The notes under the pieces were generated by a model. The model searched no databases and was not told where the DNA came from. It worked only from the letters and a program-made list of their open reading frames with translations. A stretch of DNA of 64,000 nucleotides, from assembly GCA_016178595.1 (NCBI GenBank), contig JACOSY010000013.1, positions 153,181 to 217,180 on the forward strand, given 5' to 3'. Numbering within the stretch: position 1 is the stretch's first letter; each line of letters starts with the position of its first letter. The DNA is from Ignavibacteria bacterium. GTDB taxonomy: Bacteria; Bacteroidota; Ignavibacteria; UBA10030; SZUA-254. The position numbers and the translations under genes are program-made. This document shows, one piece after another, positions 56,875 to 64,000 of the stretch.

Positions 56875-58995
56875 ATGGCGACACGACAGACAACGACATA
56901 CTGCATCGATGGTCTTTGCTGTGCCGAGGAAGAAACACTCATAAGAAAAAAACTGGCGCGCCTCCGCGGCGTTGACGAGATAACATTCAATCTCATCTCC
57001 CGAAGGATCGTCATCGTGCATGCATGCTCATCCAAAGAGATAGTGTCCGCTCTACGCACGATTGGCTTTTCTGTACGTCGTGATTCCGGAGAACAAGTGC
57101 CTCAACCTTCGTGGTGGGAGAAGTACAATCATATACTATATGCGGCTGTTTCGGGCATATCGTTTCTCACCGGCGTTCTTATAGAATTCGCGAAGTTTTC
57201 GGGTGTGGCGGCAAATTCGTTTTTTATCATTGCAATTATTGCGGGTGGGTGGAAGATAGGCGTAAGGGGGTGGAGTGCAGCACGGCAGCCCACGCTCGAC
57301 ATGAATGTCTTGATGACGATAGCAACCATCGGTGCTGCAGCAATAGGAAAGTGGGAAGAAGGCGCTGCCGTTGTTTTTCTCTTCGCGCTGTCGCAGCTCT
57401 TGGAACGATTCAGCCTGGAGCGCTCGCGGAGAGCCATCCATTCACTTCTTGCGCTTGCACCGCCACTGGCAACGGTGGAGCGAAACGGGTGCGAGACGAC
57501 TGTGCGAGTCGAAGAGCTGCAGATTGGTGAACGTCTCATCATTCGTCCCGGTGAACGTATTCCACTGGATGGAACGGTGGTGGCAGGCGATTCAACGGTG
57601 AACCAGGCGCCGATTACCGGAGAATCTATTCCTCTTCGCAAACGCGTCGGCGACGATGTCTATGCGGGAACGCTGAATGAGCGTGGTACGCTGGAAATCA
57701 CAACGACCCGTCCGTACTTCGATACGACGCTTGCACGCGTCGTCCGCATGGTCGAGGAAGCGCAAGCGCGGCGTGCACCGATCCAGCAGTCCATCGATCG
57801 CTTCGCACGATATTATACGCCTGCGGTGATATCGCTTGCAGTGTTCGTGGCTGTTCTTCCACCGATTGCACTCCAACAACCGTTTGGACACTGGTTCTAC
57901 AGGGCACTTGTACTTTTGGTGATAGCCTGTCCCTGTGCACTGGTCATTTCTGTTCCGGTGACGATTCTCAGTGGGCTGGCGAATGCTGCTCGCAATGGTA
58001 TTCTCCTGAAAGGGGGCTGCTTCTTAGAAGAGATCGGCAGGGTAAACGCCATCGCATTCGACAAGACCGGGACGTTGACATATGGTCGTCCTCGTGTTAC
58101 CGATATTGTTCCACTGGACTCTCTCTCACAAACCGACATTCTCAGGCTTACCGCAGCCGTTGAAGCCAAGTCGGAACATCACATTGCAGGCGCAATTCTT
58201 CAAAGAGCCTATGAACAACACCTTCGTGTGGACAATGTCTCCTGCCAGAACTTCGAAACACTAACCGGCCGCGGCGTGAAAGCGACGGTGAACGGAGTTG
58301 CGTATTTCCTTGGGAGCCATGCGCTCATCGAAGAACAAGGCATCTGCTCGCCCCGTGTAGAGGAAGCGCTCTGCCGATTGGAGGATGAAGGAAAGACCAC
58401 TATTGTTCTTGGCAGCGACGAAGGACCGCTTGGAATCATTGCCATTGCTGACGAGGTGCGAAGCGAGAGCAAGGAGATTGTTGAGCAACTCCATGCAGAA
58501 GGCATTCAAAGAGTCATCATGCTCACGGGCGATAACAGGGGGACAGCCACAGCAATCGCGGCAAAAATTGGAATTGATGAATTCTACCCAGGCATGCTTC
58601 CCGAGGAGAAGGCGGTTCGTGTACGAGACATGAAAGATTCTTATGGAAGCGTGGCAATGGTCGGTGATGGAATGAACGATGCGCCTGCTCTTGTCGAATC
58701 AACGGTGGGGATTGCCATGGGTCACTCAGGAACAGACGTCGCGCTTGAGACAGCGGACATCGTCCTCATGTCGGACGATCTCTCGAAGCTGCCCTACCTG
58801 ATGCGGCTCGGCAAGCATGCGCTTGCCATTATCAAGCAGAATATTGCGCTCGCTCTCGTAATCAAGGTCTTGTTCATTGCTCTCGCCGTTCTCGGATCGT
58901 CGACGCTCTGGATGGCAGTACTCGCTGATGACGGAGTAACGCTTTTAGTAATTATAAACGGTCTGAGAGTCTTACGACTTCGGGAAGTACAATAG
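56875..58995 (+). CDS. cadA: Cd/Zn/Pb-translocating P1B ATPase
   Basis: GLCCAEE N-terminal domain, TGES, CPC, DKTGT, GDGMNDAP, IKQN, LADDG. Confidence 0.88.
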   Translation: MATRQTTTYCIDGLCCAEEETLIRKKLARLRGVDEITFNLISRRIVIVHACSSKEIVSALRTIGFSVRRDSGEQVPQPSWWEKYNHILYAAVSGISFLTGVLIEFAKFSGVAANSFFIIAIIAGGWKIGVRGWSAARQPTLDMNVLMTIATIGAAAIGKWEEGAAVVFLFALSQLLERFSLERSRRAIHSLLALAPPLATVERNGCETTVRVEELQIGERLIIRPGERIPLDGTVVAGDSTVNQAPITGESIPLRKRVGDDVYAGTLNERGTLEITTTRPYFDTTLARVVRMVEEAQARRAPIQQSIDRFARYYTPAVISLAVFVAVLPPIALQQPFGHWFYRALVLLVIACPCALVISVPVTILSGLANAARNGILLKGGCFLEEIGRVNAIAFDKTGTLTYGRPRVTDIVPLDSLSQTDILRLTAAVEAKSEHHIAGAILQRAYEQHLRVDNVSCQNFETLTGRGVKATVNGVAYFLGSHALIEEQGICSPRVEEALCRLEDEGKTTIVLGSDEGPLGIIAIADEVRSESKEIVEQLHAEGIQRVIMLTGDNRGTATAIAAKIGIDEFYPGMLPEEKAVRVRDMKDSYGSVAMVGDGMNDAPALVESTVGIAMGHSGTDVALETADIVLMSDDLSKLPYLMRLGKHALAIIKQNIALALVIKVLFIALAVLGSSTLWMAVLADDGVTLLVIINGLRVLRLREVQ

Positions 58996-59089
58996 GATGG
59001 TGATCGGTTAGGTCGGACTATACGATATTCGAAGAGAAGCAACCCGAACGTGTGTCGAGAGACAGATCGTCAGCAAAGGTTCAAGAGTT

Positions 59090-59206
59090 TTACTGCAGTA
59101 CAACCATGATGGTATTGACAACGCCGAGAAACAAATATGTAGTGATCCCCAGTGCAACAACCCACCACAGTGTCAGTGATAATCTTTCCTCAAGAGCAAA
59201 ATCCAT
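59090..59206 (-). CDS. Unannotated 38-aa single-TM small protein
   Basis: MDFALEERLSLTLWWVVALGITTYLFLGVVNTIMVVLQ*; GAGGAG RBS. Confidence 0.55.
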   Translation of the reverse strand: MDFALEERLSLTLWWVVALGITTYLFLGVVNTIMVVLQ

Positions 59207-59381
59207 AGCGAAAAACTCCTCTTCCTTGTTCTCCCCTTTGCTTCAATATACTTGTGTCAATGATGAATAGCAACAAGAAACTCGTGCCCGCGCGTATTGG
59301 GTAGATTTTAGAAACCTCGGAAGGAAAATAATTGCGTAAAGTGCACCGCGTTCGATGCTCACGAGGGCAAAATATCGAATG

Positions 59382-59798
59382 CTACTGTTCGGATTTCGAA
59401 ACCGTGTTGCGAATCGTCTGATGAATCTCGTGCATATCAACACGGCCTTTTCGAAGGTAGGGGATGCCGTGCATTTTTAGTTCCGTGATATCCTTGACAT
59501 CGAGGTCGCGGCCCGTAATAACAACAACGGGGATACTCTTATGGCGGGCATGATCTTTAAGCTCCCGGATCAGATCGAATCCGCTCAACCGGTTCAAGGC
59601 AAGGTCCATGATGATGGCGGAGGGCTTTTCTCTGTCCACCCATTGAAGAAAATTCTCTTCAAGCGGGAAGACAACGCCGTGAAAACCTTCGTCTTCGACT
59701 ACAAACTTCATAAGTTCGGAGAATCCCGGGCTATCTTCGACGATGAGCACCGTTTTTTTCTTCATGGAAGTAGATCGTTCCTGTGTTTCTTTTGCCAT
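59382..59798 (-). CDS. Single-domain response regulator
   Basis: VLIVED, IIMDL, IPVVVIT, LRK; start may be 59765. Confidence 0.88.
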   Translation of the reverse strand: MAKETQERSTSMKKKTVLIVEDSPGFSELMKFVVEDEGFHGVVFPLEENFLQWVDREKPSAIIMDLALNRLSGFDLIRELKDHARHKSIPVVVITGRDLDVKDITELKMHGIPYLRKGRVDMHEIHQTIRNTVSKSEQ

Positions 59799-59926
59799 TG
59801 GATTATCGGTTGCATGATGAGTATCGCAGGAGGCATTCGAAACATAGAGAAATTCACAGTAAAAGTCAAACAATGAGACAGAAGAACAGATCATCAATGC
59901 GATTGACTCACCAGTGTAATTCTACA

Positions 59927-59955
59927 TTGACTTTGTGGCGGAAGTTTCGTACATT
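59927..59955 (+). promoter_or_regulatory. Sigma70 promoter of rplU-rpmA
   Basis: TTGACT-N17-TACATT. Confidence 0.7.
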
Positions 59956-60002
59956 TAACCCATACTTTTTGTGAAACCGCATCAAATCAAGGTAGAATCA
60001 CC

Positions 60003-60311
60003 ATGTTTGCAGTTGTTGATGTTGCCGGGCAACAGCTAAAAGTGAGCCCATCAGAACGAATCTATGTCCCAAGACTCTCCAGTAATGTCGGAAGCGCCGT
60101 GAAGTTTGATCGTGTGCTACTTTTGGCTGACGATAAAATGGTGAAGGTCGGAAATCCCTTTGTACGCAATGCCGTCGTCGAAGCCAAAGTACTCGGGCAT
60201 GTGAAGGACGAGAAAGTAATCGTATTCAAGAAAAAGAAACGGAAGGGGTACCGGGTTCGCCGTGGGCATCGGCAACAGTACACCGAGGTTGAAATTACCA
60301 GCATTGGCTGA
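60003..60311 (+). CDS. rplU: 50S ribosomal protein L21
   Basis: MFAVV..AGQQLKV...FKKKKRKGY..RGHRQ. Confidence 0.98.
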   Translation: MFAVVDVAGQQLKVSPSERIYVPRLSSNVGSAVKFDRVLLLADDKMVKVGNPFVRNAVVEAKVLGHVKDEKVIVFKKKKRKGYRVRRGHRQQYTEVEITSIG

Positions 60312-60320
60312 GGAGAGAGT

Positions 60321-60578
60321 ATGGCACATAAAAAAGGTGGTGGGAGTTCACGAAATGGTCGTGATAGTAACGCTCAACGATTGGGCGTGAAGCGGTTTGG
60401 CGGTGAGCGCGTGACTGCCGGCAGTATTATCGTGCGGCAGCGCGGCACGAAGTTCACCCCCGGTACCAATGTCGCTTTAGGCAGTGATGACACACTCTTT
60501 GCGCTCAGTGATGGCGTGGTCAAGTTCCAGCGCTATGGCAAAACCCGTAGCGTTGTGAGTATCCTGCCGATGGCGTGA
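60321..60578 (+). CDS. rpmA: 50S ribosomal protein L27
   Basis: [29 protein letters not shown]. Confidence 0.98.
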   Translation: MAHKKGGGSSRNGRDSNAQRLGVKRFGGERVTAGSIIVRQRGTKFTPGTNVALGSDDTLFALSDGVVKFQRYGKTRSVVSILPMA

Positions 60579-60617
60579 TCACACCGTTCGGCATTCTTCG
60601 CGCTCCTTGAGAATTAA

Positions 60618-61631
<1,014 letters not shown>

Positions 61632-61695
61632 TGCAACGGCAGATACGTGCAGGAGAAACCATCCCGGTTCACCAGGCATGGCTTCCTTATGAAGA

Positions 61696-61929
61696 ATGGA
61701 ATCGCCGTTCATGAACGATGAGAACAGCGCCCTTATCACCGTCTATGCGACAAGGAACCCGGCCATCATTGCCATCATCAAATCACTCCTTGATGATGTA
61801 GGAATCGAATACGCCGTCGAAGGCGAAACGCTTCTTGGCCTTGTCCCCTTTCTGGACATGACCAGGTTTAAGGTGAGAGCAGAAGACGAGGAACTTGCGC
61901 GCGAAACCGTGAAGGATGTTCGTGGGTAA
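61696..61929 (+). CDS. DUF2007-like small protein
   Basis: IIKSLLDDVGI...VRAEDEELARE pattern. Confidence 0.7.
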   Translation: MESPFMNDENSALITVYATRNPAIIAIIKSLLDDVGIEYAVEGETLLGLVPFLDMTRFKVRAEDEELARETVKDVRG

Positions 61930-61940
61930 TGAAGCAGGGT

Positions 61941-62366
61941 TTACGTTACCAACAACATTTTCATGATGACTCTCGACCCGCCAGGGAATTTCTCAAAACT
62001 GATGCTGTCCATCAATGAGCGCATGAGGAAGACGCCGCGGCCGTTTTCGCGCATAAGATTCTCTTCGGCAAGCGGGTCGGCTATGTTGTCCGGATCGACT
62101 CCCGGTCCTTCATCCTGCACGGTCACGATGAGCGATGTGTGATTGGCTTGACACGTAAGCGTGACGTTCTTTTGTGGGTCGCGTTTGTTGCCGTGCAGGA
62201 TGCCGTTGTTGACTGCTTCCGTGGTTGCAATAAGAAGTTTGTTGAACTTCGTTTCGTCCAGTTGCAACGTCGTATTGATCTTCGCGAGGAATCCTTCCAC
62301 CTTCACAATTTCATTCGGCTTGCTGGACAGGACGAGTGAAAAGCTCACCGGTTCCGGGTGTGCCAT
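61941..62366 (-). CDS. RsbW-like anti-sigma factor / HATPase
   Basis: EAVNNGILHGN, DEGPG, GRGVFLM. Confidence 0.9.
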   Translation of the reverse strand: MAHPEPVSFSLVLSSKPNEIVKVEGFLAKINTTLQLDETKFNKLLIATTEAVNNGILHGNKRDPQKNVTLTCQANHTSLIVTVQDEGPGVDPDNIADPLAEENLMRENGRGVFLMRSLMDSISFEKFPGGSRVIMKMLLVT

Positions 62367-62378
62367 TGGGAGTTTATG

Positions 62379-64000
62379 CTAAATGTTGACAACAAACGTC
62401 ATGTTCATATTCGTAAAACTGCGCTTCGGTTGCCCGGTCTGCGTTTGCATTTCGTACCACCCTTTCACTATAACGCTCGTTCGTTGGCCGGCTACAAGCG
62501 AGATATCGGTGATCGGTCCAACACTTCGAAGGAAACGCTCCAGGTGCTTCTCAGACTCCTGGTAACCGTATCGCGATTGACTAAAGTAACGAATACCAAG
62601 TGAAAAATGCAACCCGCGTCCCAATGCGTACCGAATGATACCCATAAACAGCTTGTCCTCAAAATAACTGACCGGACGCTCGGTAAAATTGTCCCACAGC
62701 AGCTCCCCCTGCTCGTACAACTTCAGGTGGTTGAACCACGTCAGCGTTAACCTGCTTGTCAATGCAAAAGAGGAAGAGTCGATGAAAGAAAACTGCCGAT
62801 AGGCAAAACTTCGGATTGCAGACGAGGGAAATTCAAAGTCGTAGGCGGTATAATTGGCCAATACTTCAAAGGTATTTGTTGTCGAAAAATCTCTTGATGG
62901 CCTGTACTCGAGCTTCGGTGATAGACGGACAATACGATTCCACGTATTGTTTGCGCTCCGGCTTGCGCCTACATACACCACGTGCATCAAGCTGGCATCT
63001 GCGTCGAGGCGCAGAATCAGGTACTGGCCAAGGCGATGAAACGTACTGAGATTCAGAATATACCACAGCTCATCCCGATCATCGTCATTCTCAAGGCTCG
63101 GCGTATCGTAGCGGAGAAGATTAGCAGATCCTGAAACAGCGATTCTATGTGACGCCGATAATCCGAACTCAAGATTGGAAGTAAGTAACGTGCGGCGCGA
63201 GTGATTGTTTTTCCGTTCTTCGGTGTGCGCTGATGCATTGATCGACTGCACGGCGTTTTGATCGTCAAGATCAAGAGTGTGCCGTTCGTCGCGTTCGCTG
63301 TATTCGAAGCGCAGCGCGGTAGAACTGCTGTCCCACGGCCTGTAGCGGAGTTGCGCAGAACTCTCAAGCCGCAATTCATCGATAGTTGTTCCCGGCGCAG
63401 ATTTCTGAGGATCGGCGGTGTTCTTCAATTGTATGGTGCGGCCAATTTCTCGCGTCAGAACGGCTCCTTGCAGAGAGAGCACAGCTCGATTGCTCACTGC
63501 ATAGTCAAGGACATCCGCGACGCCAAAGCTATTTTCCGTTCGCGATTCGATGTTGTGCGTAATGTTATATTGTTCCTGAATAGCGGCATCGGCGGGAATG
63601 TAAATGTCGCGTCGCGTTTGGTCGTACAGGAATTGAAAAGAATTCTGTGTCTGTTCGATAAACGTCTTATCGACGAAAAGACCGGCATGGCGCGTCTCGA
63701 GCCTGCGCGGTGTCAATTGATCGTATTGCCATTTCCCGCCAAGCCGCATTACATAGCCATAATAGTCGATACTATCGGCAGCGACGGAAAGGAGATACGA
63801 AATGCCGCGGTCCGGCGTATTCACCTGCTTGTCGAAATTCAGACCGAGAAGAGGTTCAACGGTGAAACGAGGGATCGGTTGGTACTCGATACCACCGTAG
63901 AATATTTGTTGAGATGTGCTGCTGAGGTTGATGCTGCGGTCGTCTGAGAGAACGAATGAAGATAGCTTCATCGCACCGCGGATTGTTGGCGATATGCGGT
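62379..64000 (-). CDS. Hypothetical outer-membrane beta-barrel-like protein (5' end probably outside window)
   Basis: Long ORF of at least 530 aa reaching the window edge; amphipathic strands. Confidence 0.7.
   Translation of the reverse strand, partial: RISPTIRGAMKLSSFVLSDDRSINLSSTSQQIFYGGIEYQPIPRFTVEPLLGLNFDKQVNTPDRGISYLLSVAADSIDYYGYVMRLGGKWQYDQLTPRRLETRHAGLFVDKTFIEQTQNSFQFLYDQTRRDIYIPADAAIQEQYNITHNIESRTENSFGVADVLDYAVSNRAVLSLQGAVLTREIGRTIQLKNTADPQKSAPGTTIDELRLESSAQLRYRPWDSSSTALRFEYSERDERHTLDLDDQNAVQSINASAHTEERKNNHSRRTLLTSNLEFGLSASHRIAVSGSANLLRYDTPSLENDDDRDELWYILNLSTFHRLGQYLILRLDADASLMHVVYVGASRSANNTWNRIVRLSPKLEYRPSRDFSTTNTFEVLANYTAYDFEFPSSAIRSFAYRQFSFIDSSSFALTSRLTLTWFNHLKLYEQGELLWDNFTERPVSYFEDKLFMGIIRYALGRGLHFSLGIRYFSQSRYGYQESEKHLERFLRSVGPITDISLVAGQRTSVIVKGWYEMQTQTGQPKRSFTNMNMTFVVNI

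Overview
Bacterial chromosomal window, most consistent with an Ignavibacteria-like member of the Bacteroidota/Chlorobiota group (T9SS-tailed S8 peptidase, futalosine menaquinone pathway, bacilliredoxin; the lineage call is inference). The left end is origin-proximal (mnmE-mnmG-rsmG with two parS-like sites). Most of the window is housekeeping: murQ, typA, trpF, prfC, copA, MarR-yceI, msrA, ada, tag, mqn genes, three PPIase-type genes, MoxR, amidohydrolases, cadC-cadA, rplU-rpmA, mdh. The 22.6-34.4 kb stretch is accessory. (i) A 702-bp integron cassette (HNH gene plus attC) sits inside a SLATT-like two-TM gene at a G|TT site; removing it restores a continuous 170-aa ORF, which is followed by an unannotated 32-aa proline-rich peptide. 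(ii) Two further cassettes with attC-like ends (multi-TM protein, NDT-like protein) occur with no integrase in the window. (iii) An AT-rich, translationally coupled three-gene unit (TIGR04255-like, WDGY-motif protein, ART/RES-like protein) splits the futalosine operon and is a candidate toxin-antitoxin-chaperone-like defence system. Also notable are an MqnE-MqnA fusion, inverted heptamer repeat arms translated inside the UbiD-like gene, and several kinds of REP-like palindromes. No rRNA, tRNA or CRISPR array was seen. Family calls are by motif recognition only; no searches were run.
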